A program made the translations under genes and the position numbers. Positions 9,406 to 21,899 of a stretch of 64,000 bases of DNA are shown here, in pieces (within the stretch, counting starts at the first letter, position 1; every line of letters starts with the position of its first letter). The stretch is from Macrostomum lignano (taxonomy: Eukaryota): positions 1 through 64,000 of the forward strand of contig NIVC01002214.1 in assembly GCA_002269645.1 (NCBI GenBank). The letters run 5' to 3'. Below the pieces are notes generated by a model. It was not told where the DNA came from and ran no database searches. It worked only from the letters and a program-made list of their open reading frames with translations.

Positions 9406-10404
9406 CCCACTTCAACCAAATCTGTGTTAATAAAAACATAGCCGCTATGTTTTCAGCTTTGCTATGTTTACAGTCAGCCACCCAATGTCCAATGATTTCA
9501 TCAGCGCATCCAGGTATTGAGCCCTTGTTAAATTCCCGCACGCCCCGCTAAATTCTTTTGAATACGCCGCCAACTTTACCCCACCCAGTCGAGGGTGGCA
9601 ATAAAACTGATAACTGAGCACTCTCTCCTTTCAGCAACAAAGCCGCCGCCGCCGCCAGCTCCCAGACAGCGGGAGAGAGAGAGGCTTGGCTACCACTATT
9701 TTTGTTTACAGAAGTTTGTTATTACCGATAAAATTATATAATAAAGTATTAGTATAATACTGAATACAATAAAATACCGCTGATATTTGCCAATCGTTCA
9801 ACACAATTTCTAGAGATTCCCCTAGCTCGCCTCTGTGCATACTTGCGGATTCCCCCATGAGGTGCCTATGTACTCTCATTAGGAGTCTACGGAATTCCCA
9901 TGGCTTTGCCTGCGGCAGAGTTGAGCTATGCAAACACATAGGCGCCCTTCTGATCCGGGCCCACGGAATTTCCGTGGCTTTCCCTGCGGCAGAGTTGTGT
10001 TATCCTCTACTACTCCGGCGGAATGGGTAGTAACGCCTCTCGCCGGTTGTGCGACAATGTCGCTTATAGTGCGCCAGGGTGCACACAGCAAAAAAATAGA
10101 CGTGACACTATGAGCACTCGGAGGGACATCTTCCGATTCTGGGCACCCCTTGCTTCAAACGGGAATCGAACTTTCCTCCTCCGATTCCTCCCAGTCCAGC
10201 TCCAGAGAATGCCTTCTGCTGAGCAGACCACAGGGAAAGATCCGTCGTCAATCGAGGAGGCTGCTGATCCACCGGGCTCTCCCTGTCGATTAGATCGGTG
10301 TACACTGGTCTTCTCACACACTTTTTTACCCTGTAGCAATCAACACGGAGCCAACAAAGAATGGAGTACAATTTTTTAATAAACTACATGTAGCTCCTGA
10401 CCTC

Positions 10405-10521
10405 AGCCTTGACATCTCAGCGATTCCCCCCCCGTGAGCCTTGACATCTCAGCGATTCCCCCCCGTGAGCCTTGACATCTCAGCGATTCCCCCCCCCCCG
10501 CGTGAGCCTTGACATCTCAGC
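10405..10521. repeat. ~31-bp tandem repeat x4 with variable poly-C
   Basis: agccttgacatctcagcgatt(c)n gtg repeated. Confidence 0.95.
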
Positions 10522-11257
10522 ATTTACATCTTTTACGCGATCTTGTAGGGCCCAACCCACACCGCCGTGTCAAGGCCCTTGTGGTCCAGATTCAAGACCC
10601 GCACGAGCCCAGCTTCCTTGAATACCGAATGCTGGAGTGCCTCGGTAGTAGTAGCGTTTCTGGTGGTGTTGGGTTGAGTTCGATTTTATCTGTTGCAGTG
10701 CGAATTAGCTTTTAATTTATTAGTTTTATTAACCAACAACAACAAGACGTCTGGCAAGGATTAAAAACACGAACGCGTGAAAAACATAAATTAAATTGGC
10801 GGGAAAAACCAGTTCATCAAAAACCGAAACTGACTAAGAAAAATAAGAACAACCCAAAAGACTTGGGTTAAAGAAATAAAATTATTTTTTTTTATTTAGT
10901 TGCATAAAATCAATCTTTAAATAAAAAGTTCTTGCTTGACTTACAAACCAATTTAAATATCTAGATTCGTATTGAAATTAAAAATGAAAACGATAAGGAC
11001 CACAATGACGACGCTGTTACAACATGATTATTGAAAGCTGTGCCATTGTTTGACACGATCGCTACCATCGCCCCCCCCGTACCTGATGATCCACTCAGTC
11101 AGAACCGTTTGAGAAGTGGTTTGAGCAGTTACAGGAATAATTTCGAACCTGTGAAGCCGTCAATAAAAAAACAAATTCCTGTTGCCTTATTTCCTGGAAA
11201 TAGACACACATGGTAAACGTGCACTGCCTGGTCTGGATAGCCAGCAAGGGTGGACTG

Positions 11258-11691
11258 CATCGGTTCCCTAATATTTGCGGCAATCTATCTTTGCCCGGGC
11301 ACAAGTGTCAGGACCACATCGGTTCCCTAATATTTGCGGCAATCTATCTTTGCCCGGGCACAAGTGTCAGGACCACATCAGTTCCCTAATATTTGCGGCA
11401 ATCTATCTTTGCCCGGGCACAAGTGTCAGGACCGCATCGGTTCCCTAATATTTGCGGCAATCTATCTTTGCCCGGGCACAAGTGTCAGGACCGCATCGGT
11501 TCCCTAATATTTGCGGCAATCTATCTTTGCCCGGGCACAAGTGTCAGGACCGCATCGGTTCCCTAATATTTGCGGCAATCTATCTTTGCCCGGGCACAAG
11601 TGTCAGGACCGCATCGTTTCCCTAATATTTGCGGCAATCTATCTTTGCCCGGGCACAAGTGTCAGGATCACATCGGTTCCCTAATATTTGC
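11258..11691. repeat. 59-bp minisatellite, ~7.5 copies
   Basis: catcggttccctaatatttgcggcaatctatctttgcccgggcacaagtgtcaggacca at period 59, no spacers. Confidence 0.97.
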
Positions 11692-12740
11692 GGAGATTCC
11701 CGAGATGCGGAGATGCGGAGCATCCGAAGATTCCCATGGCATGAGTTTTTATTTACTACTCGGATTGCGGAGTTTCGGCTGGCGTTGGCTGTCCAGTTTC
11801 TGTCAGCTTCAGTTCAGCACGAGCTATTCCAAGAAAGCACTTCCAGCTGCTGGGAAATCTGAGTCTCAGCCTCCCTGTTTTTGGATTTTAAATCATGGTT
11901 CATTGCTCTCCGCCTAAGCTAGGCTTCGATCGCGGCCAACCAAGTGCTCATGACATGCCTCTTGGCGTGAAACACCACTTCAGCGCTGCAGCTTCAGTGC
12001 TCAAGACGAAGGGGCGTTCAAGAAAATAAACTCGGAAGTTCTCGAGCATGATCACTACGTTGATCATTTTGCTGACGATCACCTTGTTGGGACAAGACAG
12101 CTAGAGAGCTGTCGCAGTGTAGATTATCGTTCATTCATGAAATGCTACTATAAGTATAATAGTGGGAACACTCGCAGAGAAACTAAAACAATTAATTATG
12201 TTACCATTTACTCGTAATCATGAGCCCATTGCAACTTTTGAACACCACATAAGGTAACACAGTGTCTCCATTTCTATTTTGTTCACTAAAATTCAATTCA
12301 ACTGTAAAAGGGTCAAATTCCTAAGAATTGACCTCTTCATCCCATCAAACTCAACTGGAAATAACCGGTTCTTGCATAAAAAGAGTATAGAAGATACAAG
12401 CACTCTGGGAGCCTCAAAACCTCAAACTCGGAGCGGTCCCAAAAAAGACTTGAAAAGAAAGGAACACCTGGGTCTTCATCTCTGAGCGAAATCATAACAT
12501 TCGGTAAGCATTGCCAGTCTGTTATTTGATTACCGAGAACAGAGTTGTTGGCTGTTGATTGAGAAACCGAATTACGTTGAATTTTTTAGTTAAAGGCCTC
12601 CATATTTCTCATGTATCGGATAGGATCCTTTGGAACGATTCGAATACCCTAAGACGTTCATTGATTGATCATTGATTGACGCTGATTGCGATATCCCAGA
12701 ATAGCAGGCGGTGGCCTTTAGACACCAGACCCAATTCTCC

Positions 12741-13234
12741 TCTCTCTCTGTCTCTCTCTCTGTCTCTCTCTCTGTCTCTCTCTCTGTCTCTCTCTCTGTC
12801 TCTCTCTCTGTCTCTCTCTCTGTCTCTCTCTGTCTCTCTCTCTGTCTCTCTCTCTGTCTCTCTCTCTGTCTCTCTCTCTGTCTCTCTCTCTGTCTCTCTC
12901 TCTGTCTCTCTCTCTCTGTCTCTCTCTCTGTCTCTCTCTCTGTCTCTCTCTCTCTGTCTCTCTCTCTGTCTCTCTCTCTGTCTCTCTCTCTGTCTCTCTC
13001 TCTGTCTCTCTCTCTGTCTCTCTCTCTGTCTCTCTCTCTCTGTCTCTCTCTCTGTCTCTCTCTCTGTCTCTCTCTCTGTCTCTCTCTCTGTCTCTCTCTC
13101 TGTCTCTCTCTCTGTCTCTCTCTCTGTCTCTCTCTCTGTCTCTCTCTCTGTCTCTCTCTGTCTCTCTCTCTGTCTCTCTCTCTGTCTCTCTCTCTGTCTC
13201 TCTCTCTGTCTCTCTCTGTCTCTCTCTCTGTCTC

Positions 13235-13266
<32 letters not shown>
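12741..13266. repeat. Compound (TC)n/TG microsatellite
   Basis: Directly visible. Confidence 0.99.
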
Positions 13267-13727
13267 CTCATTCTCAAGTGCACCAAAGGCGAACTCTTCA
13301 GCAGCCCAAGATGAAGGACTAAGCAGTTGGTGAAAATTCGTGAAGGGTAAGTGTTGTAGTAGATAATAGTTTAATCTTTATTAGCGCCTTAGCGCCTGGC
13401 TTCAGCTTTTTTAAAGCATTTAACTACACCTCTTCCGTTCAATATTAAGAAAACTCGCATTCTGTTTCGGCAGGCGGACATTCATTTCATCATTCTATAT
13501 TTAGCTACTTCAACCGTCATTTGAATTCGGCAAGAACCCATTCAATTTCAGCAATCAGCATTCAATTTTGGAAAATTGATATTCTATTTCATACTATAGT
13601 AAGGGCGTTCATTCTTTTCTGTCTATGGATCAAGTCTATGCATAAATAGTTGTTGGGGCGGTTTCGATGCCGAACGGGATGACTTTTTACCTCGAGGTGC
13701 CTTTTGGGCATTAAAAACAACAACGAA

Positions 13728-13762
<35 letters not shown>

Positions 13763-13799
13763 AAGCAACTACAACAACAACAACAACAACAACAGCACC

Positions 13800-14280
13800 C
13801 AGGATCCTGCACCTACTACACCGATGGCTCGGCCACCGGAGGGGTCGAAAACGGCGGAGCCGCTTGGATCCTCCTCGACCATGATGGCACCAGCCGTCGC
13901 CGGCCGAGGTCTATGGTAAAACGATCTCCTTCCATCAGGGACCTCGTCGCAAACAAATCCTCGTGGCGCAGGTCAGAGCAGGCCACTGCCCTGACTCCAA
14001 CTATTATCGTAACCGCACCGGCATCACCGAAGGCGGCCCCTGCCGACTTTGCCTGGATGTTCCGGACCAATTTCACCTCTGGACCTGCCCTAAGCTCGAA
14101 GCTAATCGGCGCAACATCGGCGTCACTAGTCTGAGTGACTTTGCACGTGGTGACTTGGTGGCGCAGCTCCTGGGAGCCGTCGACTGGCGGCCCCTGTGAG
14201 TTGCTCACCGCAGACAACAACAACAACAACAACAGCAAAAACAACAACAACAAAAACAAAAGCATCAACAACAGCAACAG
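13800..14280 (+). mobile_element. Truncated RNase H-bearing non-LTR retrotransposon 3' end with (CAA)n tail
   Basis: YYTDGSATGGVENGGAAW (RNase H start) joined to RRKQILVAQVRAGHC..CRLC..FHLWTCP (C-terminal Zn knuckle), stop at 14199, then CAA tail. Confidence 0.7.
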
Positions 14281-14281
14281 C

Positions 14282-14570
14282 AGGAGTGGCCACCCTTTTA
14301 ATCTGGCGGAGTTCAGGAAGCGCATTGGTAGGCAAGAGGAGGGATGGTGCCGAGACGTTGGAGCATGTCATGGAGTGCCCCGCCACGCGCAGCCTTCAGG
14401 AGAAGCTGGACCTGCATGAGATGCGAGATTTTTGCAGGAGACCTGAGAACGTGTTTAATTTCTGGAGGATGATCCGCTTGAATGGAAGTCACCAGTAGCT
14501 TCTCGGAATTGCTAGGCACACACACAACACACACAACACACACAACAGCAGCTGCAGCAACAACAACAGC

Positions 14571-14604
<34 letters not shown>

Positions 14605-14645
14605 CACGAAGCAGCAGCAGCAGCAAAAACAACAACAACGACAAA
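14282..14645 (+). mobile_element. Second 5'-truncated non-LTR retrotransposon 3' end with CA/CAA-rich tail
   Basis: AETLEHVMECPATRSLQEKL (ET..H...CP Zn-knuckle half), stop at 14498, then (CAA)n. Confidence 0.6.
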
Positions 14646-14689
14646 ATACACAGTCAGGGTCTTTATTTTATAAGTCACTGGCCACACAA

Positions 14690-15370
14690 TGTATGCGCAA
14701 TGCTGTATGCGCTATGCGCAATGGCACCTCGTCCGGACCCAGCGCTTGCCCGACCAGTGACTGCTGGACGCCTCACAACGTCGGCTCTTCTGACTGGTAC
14801 AACGCTAAAACTCTCCTCTTCCGGGAAAGGCGTCTCCGCCGGTAGCGTCGGATTGTCTGACAGTGGGAATGGCGGCGAGGCGAGGAGAAACTCACGCAGC
14901 TCCTGCGCTCGTCTGCAGAGTCGCCTGCCATGCAGGTTTAGTGGAAGACGCCTCTTTCACTCCTTTAGAGCGTTGATAGCCGACCAGGCCACGCGACCTC
15001 TGGCATCGGGTTCAGCGGCAGAGATGGTCCGAATGACGTAGTCAACAACAGCCTGCTGGCGCTGCAGATAAACAGCTGCCATGGGTTCCTGTCCCCCGTG
15101 GGTTGGTCGCCTGGTCAAACGGAGCCCCTCAAGCTCTTCCTTCGCTTGCCGAAATGCGGGGTCGTTCTCGGGGCAGCTCACACGTCCACGTACTCGAGCA
15201 CCTTCACGGTTACCGCAGAGCGCAGTGGTGAAAGCGCTGGCAAAACGACTGTGAATGTCGGCTTCTCTAAGCGTGAGGTAGCTCGTAGTACGAGCGTAGA
15301 GTCGCAAAGACAAAAATTGCAGACGAGGAGTCGATGATGGGACTGCAGAGCCAACGGCGTGATGGTGTAG
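14690..15370 (-). mobile_element. Degenerate LINE ORF2 fragment (end of APE domain and linker)
   Basis: PLALQSHHRLLVC (degenerate SDH motif) followed by linker ..RGRVAWSAINAL..; stops and frameshifts. Confidence 0.5.
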
Positions 15371-17687
15371 TGTGAGCATCTTTTGTGTATTCTATTAGTT
15401 CGTTTTTGCATCATTGTTATTGAATTATTATTTTGCATTAATTTAGTCACGTTTTCAATGTATTTTTTTTTCTTGTTAGAGTTTATTTTGCGTAAACAGG
15501 TTAGAAGTTAGACGCCAATTCTGTGACTCAGCGGAGGGTTGAGTTTTTCTGCAAACCCCGGCTTTGCGCGGCCAGCCAATCAGAACCGGCCTGGACCCTG
15601 GCACGCGTCAAAATCCAAGTCTACCCGGCTCCGCGGGCACAGTGCAAATCAGCTTAGCGAGCGGCCGGCCAGACGACCACCACCCGGCTTGAGGGGGGGT
15701 TTTGAGGGTCTGACAATAACTATATATGAAAGTGTGTTTGGCAATCGGATCTCACTTTTTTCTCTCCCTTCTTTCCCCGGTTCTTGGTTTTGTCCAGCTT
15801 CCCGGCCGCTTGCCCGATTGTTTTTGGTTCGCCCTTTGAGGCGCTTGAGTTCATCACCCCGGTCCATATTTTTGTCCCCTGCCCGACCGCTTCAGTCTTG
15901 TAGCGTAACGTCTACGGCAAATTTCTGTCTGAAGTCGTCGCTATCAAGCGCGGTTAGATAGAGACTGTCGGATTTGACCAAGTACGTGGCCTCGACCCAG
16001 AGGGCCTCAGTGTCACACTGAAGGGCAGCGCTGATAGAACTTAGTCAGTGCTCCGTTAAACGGTCAATTCGGCAGGGCTCTCGTTTGAGTGTAGGTTCTG
16101 GTTTAGGCTAGGGGTTAGGAGTCCTCCGTGTCGTGTTCGGTTTCTTCTTCTTCCGCTGAGATCCGCTTGCCAATTGCGTAATTAATTATTAATCGTTGTA
16201 TCGTTGTTTTCATCGGTTCGAATTATCTGCACCGCGAATTACGTTAAGAATCTTGTAACTTTATTAATCAAATTAAACCGTCAATAAAATTTAGTCATTC
16301 TTGAACCAGGATTATCAGTCTCTAAATCTATTCGGTTCGTCTTCCCCTGTGTTCTTTCTTTTCTTGTACTGTACCTGCGGCTATTGGAGAAAGACTGGTA
16401 GGACTCGCCGACCGGCGATGGGCAATTAGGGCCAATAGCTTTAAAATCTCCGAACGCTCCAAGTAGGTTTGTCTACGGCCTAAATAATTGCTTATCGTGC
16501 ATGCTATATACATTTATTGTATCTATCACAATGGTGCGGCAGTTGACAGCGCGGCGGCGCTTGTCTCCGTGATGCGTTACCCTTAAGAGTCAGATGAGGG
16601 TGAGGGCAGTCCGCCAAAAAAGTCAGTTACATGTAGGTCACACCTGAGCATGCTCTTCGAGACCAGCTTTTGACTAGCGCTCCGTTAGCAGAAGCCATAT
16701 AGTGCGGAGTAACTGGCTTGGCATAGTAGGAAAGGTCCTGATTGTTCGTGTTTTTCCCAACTAAATTCTGTGAGCTCTGTGTCCCTGAATAACGGGCTGA
16801 ATGCTGAGCAAGGAGACTAAATGTCTGTTCACTATGTGCTCGTACTAGACATCTAAGATCATATTATATGGCTCATAGCTGCCTGCTAGAGAGCACCTTG
16901 TTCTTTTGCGTCAGTACAGAGTGAGCTGAAGTTGAGGCATCGTGCAGTCGATAAGAGTTCGGAAGGTGCGAGTGTCCGAGCAGGCATTCCAGGCAACCTG
17001 TCTTCACCCCAGAGTTGTGAGCCAACTCAAATGCACTTGCGCTTATCAATAAACAGAAGCCCAGTGTCAGACTTGCGTCGTATTATGCATTATTTTATTA
17101 GCAATGCAAATTTTCCATGTTCGGATGCGAATGCGCAATCAAGCACATTAGTCGCCCATCAGCTTCTTTCTAATTTATGAACCGGTAACACGTAGCAGAT
17201 CTCTGATAAAAAAAGCAAATCTGTCAGGATATCAGCCGACGACTTCCATTGAATTGTCGTCAACTCCAAAAAACGACTCATCCATAATGCATAGGAAGAA
17301 ACCTCTTAAACAGATACTCGTACGTGCAATTGGAGACACAACGCGCAACATGCAATAAAAGTAAAAAAATAACAATTCGCTAAATTATAACGCCAATAAC
17401 GCACGATTCATTAATCGAAAAGCGGTTTGAACTGGTTGAAGTGTAAGCTGCACTGAATTATCTCAGAACACCGATTTCTGCGTGTCTTGCACGGTCGCAG
17501 CCGATCCAAAAACACCGTGAAAAGCACGATTAAAGCAATTTTACCGTAGCAGAAGCGATCTCGCATGCAAACAAAGCTGTCAACACATGCCGATCTTCCC
17601 ATCCAGCTTGACTTTGAGCCCTTGGCAGCATAAATTCGTGAGCATTGAGGAAGACAAAGCAAGCCTTAGTGAAGACCAGCACAAACC

Positions 17688-18483
17688 ATGCTGAAGCTGC
17701 TCATTGTCGCCTGCGCCCTCGGCCTGGCCTCGGCCATGCCCGACCCGTACGTCCTGTACGGTAGGACCGCCAGTCAGGGCCAGTTCCCGTTCGCCGCGTG
17801 GCTCGGTTCCTGCTCCGCCTCCATCCTGGACAGCCGCACCGTCCTCACCGCCGGTCACTGCGTGTGCCGCTCCAAGCCGACCTCCGTTCTGTTCGGCGCC
17901 GTTCAGGGCAACAACCCGGAGTCCGGCTCCCGGAGGTACAGCCTGGACACCAGCCGGCAGGTCATTCATCCACGCTACACTAGCTGCGGCACCATTGGCA
18001 AGTGAGTATTCCACACAGACGCTGTTTTGCTGGTTAGTTCTGCCGCTTTAGGCGTTATCACTTGATAAAAACTCATTGGCCAAAATACCACTGACCCACA
18101 GGGATGACATCGCCATCCTGAAGACCACCACGGCAATCTCCTTCACCTCCGTCATCGGCGCAATCACTTTGCACACATCCGCCACCTCTGTCGGCCAGAG
18201 CATCACCATCGCTGGCTACGGCCAAGACGAGAACAGGCGGTCCGGCGTGCTGAAGTACGCGACCAGCACCGTGGAGAGCTGCAGGCGCTTCATCGGCGCC
18301 GTCTGCCAGTCGATGAGCCCGAACAGCCCGTACTACGGTGACAGCGGTGGCCCGCTGTTCATCACCGTGAGCGGCCAGCCCCGCCAGGTCGGTGTCGTGT
18401 CCGGCGGTGACTTCAGCAACAACCAGGCCATCTACGGCAACGTGTACGACAATCTGAGCTTCATCCGCGGGCTCATGGGCTGA
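17688..18483 (+). CDS. Secreted S1A (trypsin/chymotrypsin-family) serine protease, copy 1; exons 17688-18001, 18102-18483
   Basis: Signal peptide MLKLLIVACALGLASA; triad TAGHC / DDIAIL / GDSGGP; GTGAGT..CAG intron restores frame; AATAAA at ~18517. Confidence 0.95.
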
Positions 18484-19489
18484 GCCTATGGTGCAATGTG
18501 CTGCATGCTGTGTTCTAATAAATAAACACGAGTACGAGTTGCTATCCTAAGCAGCTTTAAACGCTGCAGGTGCGATCGTATATTTTTGAATCTTCCTAAA
18601 AAACCTTATTTTATTTGTGAGTAGAACGCAAAAGTCACAGGCTGAAAAATATGCTGGGTTATCCGCGCATTCCACAGTAGTGCGAATACAGAATCGGTTG
18701 ACCAAAACGTTTTAGCGCTGAAGAACTAACGGGGTCATCGGATTATCGAATATACATCACTCGGATTGCATGCAGGTCAATGTACACATGTACAACGCTC
18801 GTAAAAACTTTTGTTAGAAATTAACCTTCTGTGAAGTTTCGGGGAAGTGCTTATAAAACTGCACCCGGGCTTCAGTCCGGTTCGTTTCAAGTTTTTTTCC
18901 TAAGCCGGACCGTATGAGGACCTGAAATGAAGGGCAACTGGGCTGCATTCGGTATTCAAATGAACGTGTCTTTGAAGCAATTGAAAGCAAGCACGACCAG
19001 CCGGAAGAACTGGAAAAACCGGAACTGTTGATCCTGAGAGTGCCGTTGCTGAGGTGCGGGTTTGACAGAAGCGTGCCCGTGTATTTTGCGGCTAGACTTC
19101 ACCTCAGAGCGTGAGCTGTAGCTAAGTAGCTTAAGTAGTGTTGTGGAATGAACCTTATTGTCATAATTTCTTTGATCTTATATTCGTATTTGATTCGGTA
19201 TAAGCATTGCAAGTCTTAAATAAAGAAAAGGAAAGCTGAGGTCTTACTAACGTTGGTTGGGAGTTACATGTAAGATCATATGTGTAATTATGTGTAACTG
19301 TAAAGAATCAAGGCTAACTTTGAAACAACGTGCAGCGGTGGGGAGAGATTTTTCAGAGCATACAAGTAGGTTCATGGTAACTTTAGTGGCAGTGCGTGAA
19401 GATCTCAACTAGTCACTTCTATTTGAAACGTTTGTTCTTCAGTTATTTATGATTTTTGTCGGCTAAGAGTTGATTGTTATTTTCATAAA

Positions 19490-21890
19490 AAAAACTTCCA
19501 TGTGAGCGGGCGGCGAGCCAAGCGACACACCCAACTACAATAACTTGGCGGAGAAAGCTATGGTGCTCTCCAGGTGCACTACCAGGAAGCATGGCGAGTC
19601 GTTACACGACAGAACTTGATTGTTGATGTTGATGCGTGATTGGAACCAGGCCTCGGCAGTAGCAGTGGAGAAGGCGTCAGTCTCAAGACACACACAAGTT
19701 TCACCGAAGGCTCATTCGACTGAGGACCCTCTTGTTGGCATTGCTCCAGGTAGCAACAGTTAAGACGGCACCGCCCCAGGCGCTTACGCACGGCTCTGGG
19801 TTGTTCTCATTGGCTGAGAATTGCGACGTCGTCGGCATACACGTGAGTGCCCGATCCATCAAGATCGACTTGATAATAGTATCAATGAAGAACTGAAACA
19901 GCTGGGAGGAGGCAGCACCGAACCCTGAGGAAGGCCTCAGTTCAGCAGCCTTTAGCTGATGGAGGCGCCTTTAAAGCGGACGCAGGCTTGTCGTCCATTC
20001 TGGAGAAAGCTGTAGCGCCATCGAACCACCTACATGGAAACGTTCTTGGAGATCATAGTACAGAAAAGGCGCTCACGCCAGACCTTGTCGTAGGTCTTAG
20101 AGTAGTAGGGATGGCCATGACCTGATCACTGATCACTGATCACTGATGCCCTGGACGAAAGCGACAATGTGGTCCTCGCAGCACCGGAGCGTACGGAAGC
20201 CTGCCTGCTGGAGGGCGATCCTCCAGGGGACTCGGCGAGGTAGCTGAAGCGGGCCACCAGAATCCGTTCCAAGAGCTAAGCCATGCATGAGGTTAAACTA
20301 CCGGGTGATAGGAGTTTTTAACAGGTTTTCCGCGTTTGAGCAGGGAAAGGATGACGGTGCGGCGCCAGGTTTGCAGACACCAACGTTACCGCTGTGGAAA
20401 GACAGATTGAAAATTAAGAGCAGCTCCGAGAGTACCAGGAGATCTTTCAGAAAGCGAAGCGAACAATCACCCAGACCTTCGGCCCCATTGGCTTGCTAGA
20501 GCGCGTCAAAGGAGATCGGAGAGCAACTCTCATCATCGACACTGGGGGAGCGAAGCAGCTTTTTGGTTTTCTGACGTCGGTTCTCACCGCCTTGTCGTAG
20601 GAATGACGGCCGTGCATTCCTTGATGAAGGCCTCCGAATTGAACTTACGCCCGTATTGTCGGAGAGAGTCCGGCCGGTGATGAATCAAAGCTTCGTTGGT
20701 GGACTGGCTGTCAAGGGAGCAGCTGAGGGAACGTATGAGTCGTCACGCTTTAGAGGGTCCTAACAGAGGTCCGCGTTCGTCAGAAACTCATTCCAAAGTT
20801 GATTCTTGTCTCCCTGGCAACAAAGCAGCTTGTAGCGCTTGACAGCCGCTCTAGCGTTGTGAATGAGCCACGGGCCGGTCGGACATTTAGCGGAGATTTT
20901 TCCACGTGAGTGTTTGCGGGGCCGGCTGGTGGATTTTTCGAGCAGGACAGGAGATTTGGATGATAATCTAGTAGTGGTCGAATCCGAAGTCATCTGAGGT
21001 CAACAATTCACATTTCTCATGCCAGGCGCTGCATGTCAGTCCGAAGACGCAGCGGGGATGCGATCGCCGCCCATTCCGCTGATGCACCAGCTAACCTCTG
21101 GAGATCTGAGACTGCCTGTCTTGCGGTTAACTCAGGTGGAAGAGCTGTTGGTTAGTAGGACCTGATCGCAGCTGACCCGCTAGTCCAGCAGGGCCTCACC
21201 GCGAGGATCCGGAGCCTGCAATGGGTCCCAGAGCGAAGCGTGCGCATTAAATTCGCCCAGCCCAAAATCAGCGTTGCCAAGGAGCGAACTCCAGTCTTGG
21301 GGTACGGTAGTGCCAGCGCCGTGAGCCAAAGAGGGGGGCGGGAAAATTTTGTCAACGGTGACAGATTTTTGGGGCCGATGAAGATTTGGACGCAAATAAT
21401 TTTACAGCTGACAGCCGCGGTCCTCGGCCGGAGTTCAACGTGCCGGAAGGCCAGGAAGCAGAAAGGTGTTCGTGTGCCAGGGTGGCGAGCGCGCAGCAAC
21501 CGACCTGAGATGGGCGATCAAGGCGGACTACAGAGTAGCCAGGGATGTGAGGGGTGGCGTTGTTCTCTTTGAGTTTGCTCTCTTAGATGTTCATAATAGA
21601 GATAACTGCGAAAATGCAATGAAGTTGAGCAGTTCGGTAAGTCTAGACGACAACTCATCAGCAGCAGTGAAGAGACGGGTGAGCGGGCGTGGAAGGCCAC
21701 GTGGATGATCAGTCGGCTTGTTGGTTGAGTTACGAGTGGTGTCGAGCAGCACTTCTGGATCTGGCGCATTCCAGATCTGACCCATGGCGCATTTCGTCCT
21801 GCGAGAGAGTTTTTCTAAACGCGACAATCGAGCGATCATCGAGTTTCATGTCCTTACGGGGGGGGGGGTTCAGCAACCGAGATTTTTGAA
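19490..21890 (-). mobile_element. Degenerate LINE (APE + RT)
   Basis: ESKLKENNATPHIPGYSVVRLDR and GEFNAHASLWD..DPRGEALLD (APE); QAGFRTLRCCEDH (RT); many stops and frameshifts. Confidence 0.75.
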
Positions 21891-21899
21891 GAAATGCGG

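Larger units (their letters stand above)
1..10014. mobile_element. Polinton/Maverick (virus-like DNA transposon), right-hand part; left part lies outside the window
   Basis: Compact block with packaging ATPase tail, conserved Polinton-type ORFs and protein-primed PolB; candidate ACTACT terminus at 10009-10014. No integrase, capsid or protease gene inside the window. Right boundary uncertain. Confidence 0.88.

Noticed and set aside
10645-10654. GTAGTAGTAG as the Polinton terminus
   Set aside because: Wrong orientation for a right end, and no supporting TIR or element genes follow.
11258-11691. 59-bp array (also the 32-bp arrays at 36.1 and 51.1 kb) as CRISPR
   Set aside because: Head-to-tail units without unique spacers, no cas genes, eukaryotic context.
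11690-12120. Possible piggyBac transposase C-terminal relic (EFRLALAVQFL)
   Set aside because: Only one short motif; no catalytic residues, TIR or TTAA found.
12669-13322. Long ORFs over microsatellites (also 24413-25100, 29394-29931, 37897-38579)
   Set aside because: Stop-free by-products of simple repeats.
15480-16200. Possible retroelement ORF1 or 5' region on the - strand
   Set aside because: No diagnostic motif could be confirmed.
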